Assembly: GCA_024655925.1 (NCBI GenBank)
Contig: JANLFS010000005.1
Coordinates: forward strand, 1 to 58,762
Source: Bacillota bacterium
GTDB lineage: Bacteria; Bacillota; DTU025; JANLFS01
Length of the DNA stretch: 58,762 bases
Direction: 5' to 3'
Every line of letters starts with the position of its first letter. The first letter of the stretch is position 1. This document shows positions 38,810 to 48,747 of the stretch, one piece after another. Made by a program: the position numbers and the translations under genes. The notes under the pieces are model-generated. The model did not search any database. It had not been told where the DNA came from and saw only the letters and a list, made by a program, of their open reading frames with translations.

Positions 38810-40194
38810 CGCATTTGGCGTCGCGTCAGAGACCTGACCACAAAGACCCGGAGGAGAGGGAGTCTCCTCTCGCCGAGGTGAAGAAGACATTCAAACCCCA
38901 CCGGGCAATGGCGGAAGCCGGGCGGTGCCTGTTCTGCCACGATGCGCCGTGTGTTCGGGGTTGTCCGGTTGGAATCGACATCCCCGGTTTCATCCGCAGG
39001 CTCTCCCAGCGGAACTTCGCGGGGGCCGCAAGGCTGATAAGGACGGCAAACCCGTTCGGGGCTGTATGCGCAAGGGTGTGCCCCGCGGAGGTCCTGTGCG
39101 AGAAGAGCTGCACCAGCTCGGGCCTGGCCGAGCCTATTGCCATCGCAGACCTCCAGAGATTCGCGATGGAGCACGCGGTGGCCCGAGCGGGCAGTGCCTC
39201 GCCCAAGCCTGTTCCCACGGGCCGCAGTGTCGGAGTGATCGGTGCGGGACCCGCTGGTCTGTCTGCCGCCCTTCTGCTGGCACAGGAAGGCCACTCTGTC
39301 ACGGTGTTCGAGGCCGAGCAGGAGCCCGGTGGCATCATGCGTTATGGTATACCATCCTATCGGCTCCCGAAGGAGGTTGTCAGGGCTGAAGTCGAGCAGG
39401 TAGAGCGTGCGGGGGTCGAGATCCGTCTTGGAGTGACGGTAGGGAAAGACGTGCCAGCGGACTCTCTGCTGTCCAGTTTCGATGTGGTGTTCATCGGGGC
39501 GGGCCTGGGCAAGCCACTGGCCCCCCAGCTTCCCGGGGATGAGGTGGCGGGTGTGATCTCTGCCTACTCATTTCTGCACCATGTGAGTGACCCGGATGGG
39601 CACGGCCCGCACCCAGACATACCAGACCCACTGGGGAGAGTGGTAGTGCTGGGCGGGGGGAATGTGGCGGTGGACGCGGCGTGTGTCGCGAAAAGACTCG
39701 GGGCGGACAGTGTAACCATCGCCTACAGGAGGACCCAGGCGGAGATGCCCGCGTGGCCCCGTGAGATCGAATTCGCCCGGCAGGAGGGAGTCGAGTTCGA
39801 GTTCCTCATCTCCCCGGTTGAGGTCATCGGTGCAGATGGCAAGGTAATAGGGGTGAAGGTAGCTCACATGAGGCTCGAAGGCACCGATGAATCGGGGAGG
39901 GCTAGACCCGTGCCGGCTGGAGAGCCTGACGAACTGATCGGTGCGGACACGGTCATCCTCGCTTTCGGCCAAGGGCCGAACGAGGAGGTATTCCGGATGT
40001 TCGATGGGCTCGAGAGAGACGCGCGCGGGATGGTCTGGGTGGACGAGAAGACTGGAGCCACATCAGTTCCGGGGGTGTTCGCCGGGGGAGACGGGGTGAA
40101 CGGGGGCTCGACTGTTGTGGAGGCAGTGGCGGAAGGGATCCGTGCGGCCCGGGGGATCTCCCAGTACCTCCGGGGCGCAACGGCGACCTCATAA
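38806..40194 (+). CDS. preT: glutamate-synthase-small-subunit-like NAD(P)H oxidoreductase (PreT-type dihydropyrimidine dehydrogenase subunit)
   Basis: N-terminal Fe-S cysteines (CLFCHDAPC, CPVGIDIP, CARVCP..C), two dinucleotide folds (VIGAGPAGLSAA, VVVLGGGNVAVD), and GVFAGGD. GTGA overlap with xdhC, RBS GGAAGGAG. Confidence 0.65.
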   Translation: MTHLASRQRPDHKDPEERESPLAEVKKTFKPHRAMAEAGRCLFCHDAPCVRGCPVGIDIPGFIRRLSQRNFAGAARLIRTANPFGAVCARVCPAEVLCEKSCTSSGLAEPIAIADLQRFAMEHAVARAGSASPKPVPTGRSVGVIGAGPAGLSAALLLAQEGHSVTVFEAEQEPGGIMRYGIPSYRLPKEVVRAEVEQVERAGVEIRLGVTVGKDVPADSLLSSFDVVFIGAGLGKPLAPQLPGDEVAGVISAYSFLHHVSDPDGHGPHPDIPDPLGRVVVLGGGNVAVDAACVAKRLGADSVTIAYRRTQAEMPAWPREIEFARQEGVEFEFLISPVEVIGADGKVIGVKVAHMRLEGTDESGRARPVPAGEPDELIGADTVILAFGQGPNEEVFRMFDGLERDARGMVWVDEKTGATSVPGVFAGGDGVNGGSTVVEAVAEGIRAARGISQYLRGATATS

Positions 40195-40213
40195 GGAGAG
40201 TGGGGGGATCAGG

Positions 40214-41410
40214 ATGTCGGTAGACCTTTCTATCAGTTTTGCGGGGATAAGGTTTGAGAACCCATTTACCTTGGCGGCCTCACCGTGCACTGACAGTGCG
40301 GAGATGGTGTCCAGGGCGTTCGAGGCGGGGTGGGCCGGCGCAGTCATGAAGACCACCTCGGTAGAGGAAGAGGTTGTGGAGCTGTGCTATCCCATGATGG
40401 CAGGCCTGGATTTTGACGACAAGAAGGTCGTGGGCCTTGAGAACATCGACCTCATCTCCGAGCGCCACATCGACCTCGTTGAACAGGATGTCCGAGAGCT
40501 CAAGGCCAACTACCCCACGAAAATCGTGGGAGCGAGCATCATGGGAGCGAGAAAGGAGCATTGGCAGACCCTCGTCCGGAGGCTCGAGGCCGCGGGCGTG
40601 GACTTCATAGAGTGCAGTTTCTCCTGCCCCCACGGGATGCCTGAGAGGGGAATGGGGTCCACCATCGGGCAGGACCCGGAACTCACAGAACGGACTGCCC
40701 GGTGGGTTCGGGAGGCGGCAACCAGAGTCCCAGTGGTGATCAAAGTCACGCCTCTCGTCGCAGATCTGCCTGCCATCGCCAGAGCCGTGGTCCGGTCCGG
40801 GGCGCACGCGGTCTGTGCAATAAACACGGTCAAGAGCCTGATAGGCGTGGACCTCGACACCTTCGTGCCCTATCCGAATGTGGGGGGGAAGTCCACTTAC
40901 GGTGGGTACTCCGGGGCTGCGATCAAGCCGATCGCGCTGAGATGTGTCGCCGAGGTGGCAAAGGCCGTGAACATCCCGATTGCGGCCACGGGCGGCATTA
41001 CAACATGGAGGGATGCAGCGGAGTTCCTGCTCGTGGGGGCGACGAATCTTCAGATTTGTACGGCTGTAATGAAACATGGGTTCAGGGTCATCGACGACCT
41101 CATTGATGGACTCTCCATCTACCTCGAGGAGAAGGGTCTATCCGGGGTGGAGGAGCTCGTGGGCCGGGCGCTTCCAAACATCGTGGACCATAGCGAGCTT
41201 TCCCGGTCTTACCGACCTGTGTCCGAGATCAACCTGGAGACCTGCATCAAATGCGACGTCTGCTACATCTCCTGCAGGGACGGAGGACACCAGGCCATAT
41301 CTCTCGACGAGAACAGGCTTCCCAGGGTGGACGAGGAGAAATGCGTTGGCTGTGGCATGTGCGCCACAGTCTGCCCCGTGTGGGACTGCGTTCGGCTCGT
41401 TCCGAGATAG
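40214..41410 (+). CDS. preA: dihydroorotate-dehydrogenase-like FMN subunit with C-terminal 2x[4Fe-4S] (PreA-type dihydropyrimidine dehydrogenase subunit)
   Basis: [35 protein letters not shown], plus CIKCDVCYISC and CVGCGMCATVCP. Confidence 0.7.
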   Translation: MSVDLSISFAGIRFENPFTLAASPCTDSAEMVSRAFEAGWAGAVMKTTSVEEEVVELCYPMMAGLDFDDKKVVGLENIDLISERHIDLVEQDVRELKANYPTKIVGASIMGARKEHWQTLVRRLEAAGVDFIECSFSCPHGMPERGMGSTIGQDPELTERTARWVREAATRVPVVIKVTPLVADLPAIARAVVRSGAHAVCAINTVKSLIGVDLDTFVPYPNVGGKSTYGGYSGAAIKPIALRCVAEVAKAVNIPIAATGGITTWRDAAEFLLVGATNLQICTAVMKHGFRVIDDLIDGLSIYLEEKGLSGVEELVGRALPNIVDHSELSRSYRPVSEINLETCIKCDVCYISCRDGGHQAISLDENRLPRVDEEKCVGCGMCATVCPVWDCVRLVPR

Positions 41411-41435
41411 GGGCTGAAGGCCGGGAGGTGGGTGT

Positions 41436-42704
41436 GTGCGTACTTTCAAGACTGTGTGGGCGAGGTCTGGGCCTGAGGCTGTGGCGGCACTTGCCGCCGA
41501 TTCGGGCGCGATGATCCTTGCGGGCGGGACAGACCTGGTCGTCAAGATGAAAGAGGGGAGAGCCGTCCCAAACACCCTCGTGAACATTGAGGGTGCTTCC
41601 GACCTGTCCTGCATCGAGGATCTGGGCGACCAGATCCGGGTGGGGGCCGCGTGCACACACCATGCGATCACCTCATCCACTCTCATCCGCACAAAGGCCC
41701 CGCTTCTCGCGGAGGCGTGTCTTTCGATAGGCTCACCCCAGATCAGAAACAGAGGGACCATCGGTGGGAATCTGTGCACCGCGTCCCCTGCCGGAGACGC
41801 CATAGCCGCACTCGTTGCGCTTGAGGCCATAGTGGAGATCCTGGGCCCTGGCGGTGTCAGAGAGATTGCTGTCTCCGAGTTCCTGGTAGGCCCAGGCCGC
41901 ACCACGCTGGCCGGGGACGAGATCGTCCGGGCGGTACGAGTCCCGGTGGATACCGGGGAACATGTGTGGGGATTCCGCAAGCTGGGCCAGAGGCGGGCCA
42001 TGTCCATCTCGATTGCCAGCGTCGCCGCGCGCGCCAGGCTTTGCCAGGGAGTTCTCTCAGATCTCAGGGTCTCCCTGGGATCGGTCGCTCCCACGGTGGT
42101 CCGCGCTTACGAGCTGGAGCGCGAGACACTCGGAGTCGAGTCGACTCCGGACGCCCTCGCCGCTGCATGTAGGAAGGCCAGGAACGCGGCCTGCCCCATC
42201 TCCGACATTCGCGGGTCTCGCGAGTACCGTCTCGCCGTGGTGGAGGCTCTATCCTATCAGGTCATCGTCGGGATGCTCCGGCCCGACCAGTTCCGGCCCA
42301 CCCTACAGGTGGATGACCGGGACCTGGAGACGCGCGGGGTTGCTCAGGCGTCGTGGCGTGAACAGAGCGGGCAGACTCTTCAGCCAGCCGGATCCTGCGA
42401 TGCTTGTCCGGTCGGATCCCTCGATCTGTCGGACGGGCGGCGCGGTCAGCTAGGCGGGCCGCGAGGGGGCACGATCCGCGTGTCTATCGAGTTCTTTGGG
42501 GACCTGAGGCCTCTCGCGCCGGGCGGGCGACTCGACCGGGAACTCCCTGCGGGGTCCACCGCAGCGGATCTTCTGGGGTCTCTGCCCATTGGTGACAGGT
42601 CCTACGTGGTTGTGCTCGTCAACATGCGACGCGCGTTCGATGACACGGTCCTCGCCGACGGGGATAGCATCTCGCTGATGAACCCCGTGGGCGGCGGCGC
42701 ATGA
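41436..42704 (+). CDS. molybdenum hydroxylase FAD-binding medium subunit fused to a C-terminal MoaD/ThiS-like beta-grasp domain
   Basis: ILAGGTDLVVKMK and RNRGTIGGNL are CoxM/XdhB motifs within the first ~285 aa. After a ~60-aa linker, the last ~77 aa read IRVSIEFFGDLRPL...LADGDSISLMNPVGGGA, a MoaD-like pattern. Confidence 0.75.
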   Translation: MRTFKTVWARSGPEAVAALAADSGAMILAGGTDLVVKMKEGRAVPNTLVNIEGASDLSCIEDLGDQIRVGAACTHHAITSSTLIRTKAPLLAEACLSIGSPQIRNRGTIGGNLCTASPAGDAIAALVALEAIVEILGPGGVREIAVSEFLVGPGRTTLAGDEIVRAVRVPVDTGEHVWGFRKLGQRRAMSISIASVAARARLCQGVLSDLRVSLGSVAPTVVRAYELERETLGVESTPDALAAACRKARNAACPISDIRGSREYRLAVVEALSYQVIVGMLRPDQFRPTLQVDDRDLETRGVAQASWREQSGQTLQPAGSCDACPVGSLDLSDGRRGQLGGPRGGTIRVSIEFFGDLRPLAPGGRLDRELPAGSTAADLLGSLPIGDRSYVVVLVNMRRAFDDTVLADGDSISLMNPVGGGA

Positions 42705-42715
42705 GGTGATGTGGC

Positions 42716-44992
42716 ATGGGGGACTTCAGGTGGGTTGGAAAACCTGTTGCTAGGGTGGATGCTGTTGACAAAGTCGCCGGGTCTCAGAGGTACATGGGCG
42801 ACCTTGTATTCCCGGGGATGGTCTACGGCCGCGTGCTGCGGAGTCGGCATCCGCATGCTCTGATCAAGTCCATAGATACCTCGAGGGCGGAAAAGGCCCC
42901 TGGGGTGATCAGGGTGCTCACTTGGCGTGACGTCCCGGGGTTGAATGCCTACGGAATCGTTGTCCCCGATCAGCCCGTGTTGTGCCACGAGAAGGTCCGG
43001 TACATGGGTGACGCAGTGGCACTCATCATCGCTGAATCAGAGGGAGAGGCGGAGGCAGCCCTCGATCTGGTCGCTATCGAGTATGACCCTCTACCCGTGG
43101 TCACCGACGCAGAGGCCGCGATGTCAGCGGACTCCCCAATGGTCCACGAACCCGGAAACATCCATCTCCATACGCATGTGGAGAATGGCAACACCGAGGC
43201 AGGGTTCGCCCAGGCTGATGTGGTGGTGGAGGGCGTGTACTATACCCCCAGGCAGATGCACGCCTTTCTTGAGCCTGAGTCTGGAGTGGGAGTGCCTGAG
43301 AAGGGTGGGGGAGTCACAGTCTACTGCGGATCCCAGCACCCCTACAGAGACCAGATGCAGATCTCCAGGTCCCTCAGGATGAAGCCTTCCCAGATCCGTG
43401 TAGTCTCCACTCCGGCTGGAGGGGCGTTCGGGGGAAAAGACGAAATCACCCTGCAGATTCTTGTGGCGCTCGGGGCGATGGCGACCGGGCTGCCGGTCAA
43501 GATAGTCCTCTCCCGTGAAGAGTCAGTCATCGCCGGGTGGAAGCGCCACCCGATGAAAATCTACATGAAAACAGGAGCCCTACGCGACGGCACTTTGATT
43601 GCCCATGAGGCCCGGGTCGTCGCCGACACAGGCGCCTACGCTTCGCTCGGCGGGCCTGTCACCAACCTGTGCCTTGAGAACTGCTGCGGCGTATACCGGA
43701 TCCCGAACATCTCACTCTCCGGCTTCTGCGTCTACACGAACAACGGTGTGTCAGGCGCGTTTCGCGGATTCGGGGTTCCGCAGGCCACCTTCGCGATGGA
43801 GACCCAGATGGACAAGATTGCAGACGCCCTGGGCATGGACCGCCTCGAGATCAGGAAGCAGAACGCACTGAGGGGCGGGGAGAAGTCGCCCCTCGGGCAC
43901 ACGATGGCAGACGCGGTCGGGACCTCCCGCACTCTTGAGGAAGCCGGCAGACACGAGTTGTGGGTGCGCAGGGAGGAGTTGAAGAAAGAGTCATCCGCCC
44001 CGTGGCGCAAGCGAGGGGTTGGACTGGCGGTCCAGATGCAAGGCACTGGCCTCGGGATGGGGCTTCCCGACTATGGTGCCGCCCTCATCCGCCTGGTGTC
44101 CGGAGGCAGGTTCGTGGTGTCGCTCTCCTGCCCCGAAATCGGGCAGGGAAACTCCACGACATATGCGCAGATGGCAGCGGAATCTCTGGGATGCGGCATT
44201 GGGGATGTGACGGTCATAACGGGCGACACCGCCCTCGGGCCCGACTCAGGGAGCTGCACCGCGTCGAGGTCCGTTTACACAGGGGGCAATGCTATATCCC
44301 TTGCTGCACGACAGATGAGAGAGAAACTCCAGGCTGAGGCAGGTCGTGTGCTCGGGGTCGAACCCGAGGGTGTGGTGATCGAGTCGGGAGCAGCGCGAGC
44401 CGGCGAAAGGCGTGTCTCGTTCTCAGAGCTTGCGGCGATGGTTTCCGCAGAAGGCCGCGAAATCTCTGCAGACGGGGCGTTCATCTGGCCTGTCGCCGAC
44501 AAGCCGGTTCAGGGTGCGGTGGGTCTTCCACACCTCATCAACTCCTACGTGACCCACCTCGCTCTGGTGGAGGTGGACGAGATGACCGGGGAGACAGAGG
44601 TCCTGCGCATAGTGGCCATAACCGACGCCGGCCGGGTCGTGAATCCTCAGGGGCTCGTCGGGCAGTCCGAGGGCGGCGCGGTCATGGGGATGGGGTATGC
44701 CCTCATGGAGGACACGATCATCGAGGACGGCATCACGAAGACGCCGAATTTCTCCACCTACATAGTCCCCACCAGCATGGACACTCCGGAAGTGGAAACC
44801 AGGGCCGTCGAGGTCCTCGAACCCACGGGGCCTTTTGGGGCGAAAGGAATAGGTGAGGCGGTGATGGTTCCGGTTGCCCCGGCGATCACAGGAGCCATCA
44901 GAGACGCAGTCGGTGTCTGGCTGGACAGGATACCGGCCACTGCGGAGCGAGTGTTGGCGAAGATCTGGGAGAACCGGGAGAATCGGAGGTGA
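42716..44992 (+). CDS. xanthine-dehydrogenase-family molybdopterin-binding large subunit, copy 1
   Basis: VDAVDKVAGSQRY, GGAFGGK, GAFRGFGVPQ, GQGNSTTYAQ, GAKGIGEA. Confidence 0.9.
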   Translation: MGDFRWVGKPVARVDAVDKVAGSQRYMGDLVFPGMVYGRVLRSRHPHALIKSIDTSRAEKAPGVIRVLTWRDVPGLNAYGIVVPDQPVLCHEKVRYMGDAVALIIAESEGEAEAALDLVAIEYDPLPVVTDAEAAMSADSPMVHEPGNIHLHTHVENGNTEAGFAQADVVVEGVYYTPRQMHAFLEPESGVGVPEKGGGVTVYCGSQHPYRDQMQISRSLRMKPSQIRVVSTPAGGAFGGKDEITLQILVALGAMATGLPVKIVLSREESVIAGWKRHPMKIYMKTGALRDGTLIAHEARVVADTGAYASLGGPVTNLCLENCCGVYRIPNISLSGFCVYTNNGVSGAFRGFGVPQATFAMETQMDKIADALGMDRLEIRKQNALRGGEKSPLGHTMADAVGTSRTLEEAGRHELWVRREELKKESSAPWRKRGVGLAVQMQGTGLGMGLPDYGAALIRLVSGGRFVVSLSCPEIGQGNSTTYAQMAAESLGCGIGDVTVITGDTALGPDSGSCTASRSVYTGGNAISLAARQMREKLQAEAGRVLGVEPEGVVIESGAARAGERRVSFSELAAMVSAEGREISADGAFIWPVADKPVQGAVGLPHLINSYVTHLALVEVDEMTGETEVLRIVAITDAGRVVNPQGLVGQSEGGAVMGMGYALMEDTIIEDGITKTPNFSTYIVPTSMDTPEVETRAVEVLEPTGPFGAKGIGEAVMVPVAPAITGAIRDAVGVWLDRIPATAERVLAKIWENRENRR

Positions 44993-44996
44993 TCGA

Positions 44997-47339
44997 TTGG
45001 TACGGCATCAGCGGTGGTCTGGGACCTGGTTTCCCGTTTCCGCTCCAGCTCCCAGAGTGGATGGAAGAGACAAGGTTACCGGGGCTGCAGTCTACGGGGC
45101 GGATCTTTCCTTCGACGGAATGCTTCACGCAGTGGTGGTCAGGGCGCGCTACCCCCACGCCGTCGTGAACGCGATACACACCGAACAGGCGAGACGGGCT
45201 CCTGGGGTTGTGGCTGTTCTCACCGCGGCCGACATCCCCGGGCGCAATGCTTTCGGAGTAGTCATACAGCATCAGCCCTTTCTTGCATCTGAGCGAGTCA
45301 GGTACCTGGGCGACGGCCTTGCCCTGGTCGCTGCGGAGACACGGGATCAGGCCGAGAGGGCCGCCGGCCTTGTGAGGGTGGACTATACCGAGCTGCCGGC
45401 AGTCTTCTCACCGGAGGAAGCCCAGGCCCCCGCCGCGCCAGTGATCCATGAGGAATACCCGGGGAACGTGGTCGTGCATCATCCAGTGAGAAAGGGAGAT
45501 GTGGAGCGGGGTTTTGCGGAGTCCGACGTGATCCTGGAGAGGGAATACCGCACCGCGCTGATAGAGCACGCCTACATCGAGCCCGAGGCCGTAGTGGCGA
45601 TGCCCGGACCTGGTGGGTCCGTGACGGTCTGGGGGTCCATCCAGAACCCGTTCTCCGCGCGCAGGGCCGTCGCGGGTGCGCTTGCGCTTCCCCTTGCTCG
45701 GGTAAGGATAATCCAGACCAACATGGGTGGATCCTTCGGAGGCAAGGATGAGGTGATGTCGGCCATGGCAGGCCGCGCCGCCCTTCTCGCGAGAGCCACC
45801 GGACGCCCTGTGAAGATGGTTAACACTCGCGAGGAATCACTCATCGAGTCGTACAAGCGTCATCCCTACGTGATGAGCTACAAAGTCGGGGCGAAACGCG
45901 ATGGAAAGATCATGGCGATGCAGGTCAGAATGGTGGCAGACGCGGGCGCCTACGCTTCGATGAGCCCCTTCGTGACGTGGCGTTCGACAGTGCAGGCCAC
46001 GGGGCCTTACGAGATACCAAATGTGCGGACAGACGTCATAGCCGTCTTCACCAACAACACCTACACAGGGGCCATGAGGGGATTTGGGTCACCTCAGGCG
46101 ATCTTCGGCAACGAGTCTCTCATGGACGAACTCGCCGACGAGCTCGGAATGGACCCCCTCGCCCTGCGCATGAAGAACGGGTTCAGGGCGGGGTCAGTGA
46201 CCGCCACAGGGCAAATCCTGGACAACCACACCGTGTCCCTGGTCGAGGTGATGGAGAAAGCGGCCACGGAGGCGGGGTATGCCGAGAAACGCCGGAACCT
46301 GCCCCAGTTGTCGGCCGGCAATCCAGTCAAACGGGGCATCGGCCTTGCCGCAAGTTTCCGCGGGTGCAGCTTGGGTGCTGAGGGTGTGGATGCCACGGGA
46401 GCGATCGTGTCAGTGCAAACTGACGGAAGCGTCCTGGTCTTCTCGGGGCTGGCTGAGAACGGGCAAGGGCTCAAGACCATATTCTCTCAGATTGCCGCGA
46501 CAGAATTGGGAGTCTCTCTGGGCAGGATCGTCTTCATGGACACGGACACGTCCACGGTCCCGGACGGTGGTCCCACAGTAGCCTCGAGAAGTACGGTCAT
46601 GGGGGGGAACGCAGTCCGGATCGCAGCGGCCAAAGCACGGCAGGCCCTGTTCGAGGCAGCGGCCCAGGCTCTCTCCTGTTCGCCTTCTGAACTTGCCGCT
46701 GAGCGTGATAGGATCTTCGTCCGAGCGCAGCCCGAGCGTGGAATGGAGTTCGATGAAGCGGTTGGGCTTGCATGGAACGAAGGGAAGCTCATGGCGGAGT
46801 TTGGGTGGTATGGGGCCCCCAAGGTCGACTGGGACGAGGCAACCGGACAGGGTCGCGCCTATTTCACCTACGTCTACGGCTGCCAGGTGGCGGAGGTCGC
46901 AGTGGACACTGAGACCGGGCAGGTGGTGGTGGAGCGAATCACCGCTGCCCATGACGTCGGCCGGGCCATAAACCCTCAGATGGTTCAGGGCCAGGTCTTC
47001 GGAGGCGTGGCGATGGGACTAGGCTACGCGCTGCTCGAGGAAGTGGAGCTGGACGCGGGGAGGACCAAGACACAGAACTTCGACGAATACCTGATTGCCA
47101 CAGCTTCGGACGTCCCTGAGGTTGTTCCTTTGATCATCGAGAACCCTGACTCTCACGGGCCGTACGGAGCCAAGACTGTGGGTGAGCCCACCTGCGAGCT
47201 TGCGGCGGCCGCAATAGCCAACGCCATTGCCCACGCATGTGGCAGACGAGTGAGAGACCTGCCCATAGACATGGAGAAGGTCCTGCTCGGACGGTCGCTG
47301 AGACCGATGCGCGGCGGAAGGGGGAGTGAGGCGCGGTGA
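44997..47339 (+). CDS. xanthine-dehydrogenase-family molybdopterin-binding large subunit, copy 2
   Basis: VDGRDKVTGAAVY, GGSFGGK, GAMRGFGSPQ, GQGLKTIFSQ, GAKTVGEP. The TTG at 44997 lies 7 nt after GGAGG. The listed start 44874 is inside copy 1. Confidence 0.85.
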   Translation: MVRHQRWSGTWFPVSAPAPRVDGRDKVTGAAVYGADLSFDGMLHAVVVRARYPHAVVNAIHTEQARRAPGVVAVLTAADIPGRNAFGVVIQHQPFLASERVRYLGDGLALVAAETRDQAERAAGLVRVDYTELPAVFSPEEAQAPAAPVIHEEYPGNVVVHHPVRKGDVERGFAESDVILEREYRTALIEHAYIEPEAVVAMPGPGGSVTVWGSIQNPFSARRAVAGALALPLARVRIIQTNMGGSFGGKDEVMSAMAGRAALLARATGRPVKMVNTREESLIESYKRHPYVMSYKVGAKRDGKIMAMQVRMVADAGAYASMSPFVTWRSTVQATGPYEIPNVRTDVIAVFTNNTYTGAMRGFGSPQAIFGNESLMDELADELGMDPLALRMKNGFRAGSVTATGQILDNHTVSLVEVMEKAATEAGYAEKRRNLPQLSAGNPVKRGIGLAASFRGCSLGAEGVDATGAIVSVQTDGSVLVFSGLAENGQGLKTIFSQIAATELGVSLGRIVFMDTDTSTVPDGGPTVASRSTVMGGNAVRIAAAKARQALFEAAAQALSCSPSELAAERDRIFVRAQPERGMEFDEAVGLAWNEGKLMAEFGWYGAPKVDWDEATGQGRAYFTYVYGCQVAEVAVDTETGQVVVERITAAHDVGRAINPQMVQGQVFGGVAMGLGYALLEEVELDAGRTKTQNFDEYLIATASDVPEVVPLIIENPDSHGPYGAKTVGEPTCELAAAAIANAIAHACGRRVRDLPIDMEKVLLGRSLRPMRGGRGSEAR

Positions 47340-48289
47340 CGAGGTTTGACTACTTCCGGCCCGCCGGGCTTGTTCAGGCCTGCGAGTTTCTCTCTGCTCA
47401 CTCAGGGTGGGCGAAAGTCATTGCGGGAGGGACCGATCTGCTGATCGCCGTGAGGCGAGGACAGTGGCCCCCTGCGGGGAGTAGGGGTGCGGAGGAGCAG
47501 GGCGCAGTTCCTATCGACAACCTGTCGCCGGAACGGACCAGGGCGTGGGTTGTGGATGTATCTTGTCTGCAGGAACTCCGCGGCATCCGGGATCACGAGG
47601 GGCTTATAGTCTCCATCGGCGCCGCATGCACACACACACAGGTAGCGGAATCCACGGAGATCAAGCGGTTTGCCCCGATGCTGGCGGTAGCGTCCGAAAG
47701 CGTGGGGTCTGTTCAGATCAGGAACCGGGGCACCATCGGCGGCAACATAATGAATGCTTCGCCAGCCGCAGACACTCTCCCCGCGCTGGTTGCGTTGGAC
47801 GCCCGAGCGGTTCTGGTGTCTCCGTCCGGCACACGAGAGCTCGCAGTGGCCGAACTCGTCACCGGACCCTACCGGACCTGTGCTCGAGAGGATGAGATCC
47901 TCGCGAGGGTGGAGTTCCAGAAGCTGCCGCAGGGTGCCAGAATGGCCTTCACCAAGCTCGGCAGGAGGAGTTCCATGGCAATTGCGAGGCTCTCGTGTGC
48001 GGTGGCACTGGTGCCGGGTCCGGACGGAACCGTAAGGGAAGCTCGGATATCCGCCGGGGCGGCATTCCCGAGACCCGTCAGGATCGGCGCGGCCGAAGAG
48101 GTTCTCGTGGGGAGAGTGCCTGATGCCGAGGCTGCCAGAGAGGCAGGAGAGAAGGCCGCTCTCGAGATGGTGCGGGTGACTGGAGTCAGGTGGTCCACGG
48201 ACTACAAACACCCGGTTCTTTCCACCTTGGTGGCCAGGACGATCATGAAGTGCTTGGGCAGGGAGGAGGGTTCAGCGTGGGCCAGGTGA
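47336..48289 (+). CDS. molybdenum hydroxylase FAD-binding medium subunit, copy 2
   Basis: IAGGTDLLIAV, RNRGTIGGNI. GTGA overlap with the preceding gene. Confidence 0.85.
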   Translation: MTRFDYFRPAGLVQACEFLSAHSGWAKVIAGGTDLLIAVRRGQWPPAGSRGAEEQGAVPIDNLSPERTRAWVVDVSCLQELRGIRDHEGLIVSIGAACTHTQVAESTEIKRFAPMLAVASESVGSVQIRNRGTIGGNIMNASPAADTLPALVALDARAVLVSPSGTRELAVAELVTGPYRTCAREDEILARVEFQKLPQGARMAFTKLGRRSSMAIARLSCAVALVPGPDGTVREARISAGAAFPRPVRIGAAEEVLVGRVPDAEAAREAGEKAALEMVRVTGVRWSTDYKHPVLSTLVARTIMKCLGREEGSAWAR

Positions 48290-48747
48290 GAGTGAAATTC
48301 TCGGTTAACGCGACTGCGGTGTCGGTGGATGTGCCAGATGATGAAAGGCTCGTTGACACTCTCCGGACCAGGCTACGCCTGACAGGCACGAAGGAAGGGT
48401 GCGGGATAGGAGAGTGCGGCGCGTGCACGGTCATCCTGAACGGGCTGGCGGTGAACTCGTGCCTGGTCCTCACCACTTCGTGTCAAGAGGCGGAGATCAC
48501 TACCGTGGAGGGGCTTGCATGTGGCGAGGCACTCCACCCGCTCCAACAGGCCTTCATCGATCACGGGGCGGTGCAGTGTGGGTTCTGCACTCCCGGCATG
48601 CTCCTATCGGCGAAAGCCCTCCTCGATCGGAATCCCAACCCTAGTAGGGACGAGATACGAAAGGCGATCTCGGGGAACCTTTGCAGGTGCACTGGGTACG
48701 AACAGATAGTGAGAGCCATCGAGTCAGTAGCGGGGGGACGTCAATGA
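48277..48747 (+). CDS. molybdenum hydroxylase small (2x[2Fe-2S]) subunit, copy 2
   Basis: GCGIGECGACTV, QCGFCTPGM, CRCTGY. GTG at 48277 behind GGGAGGAGGG. Confidence 0.85.
   Translation: MGQVRVKFSVNATAVSVDVPDDERLVDTLRTRLRLTGTKEGCGIGECGACTVILNGLAVNSCLVLTTSCQEAEITTVEGLACGEALHPLQQAFIDHGAVQCGFCTPGMLLSAKALLDRNPNPSRDEIRKAISGNLCRCTGYEQIVRAIESVAGGRQ

Noticed and set aside
44874-44996. A long overlap between the two molybdopterin subunit genes, as listed in the track, which might suggest a fusion or frameshift
   Set aside because: A TTG at 44997 lies 7 nt after GGAGG and 5 nt after the copy-1 stop, giving a normal tandem arrangement. The upstream in-frame extension lies inside copy 1.
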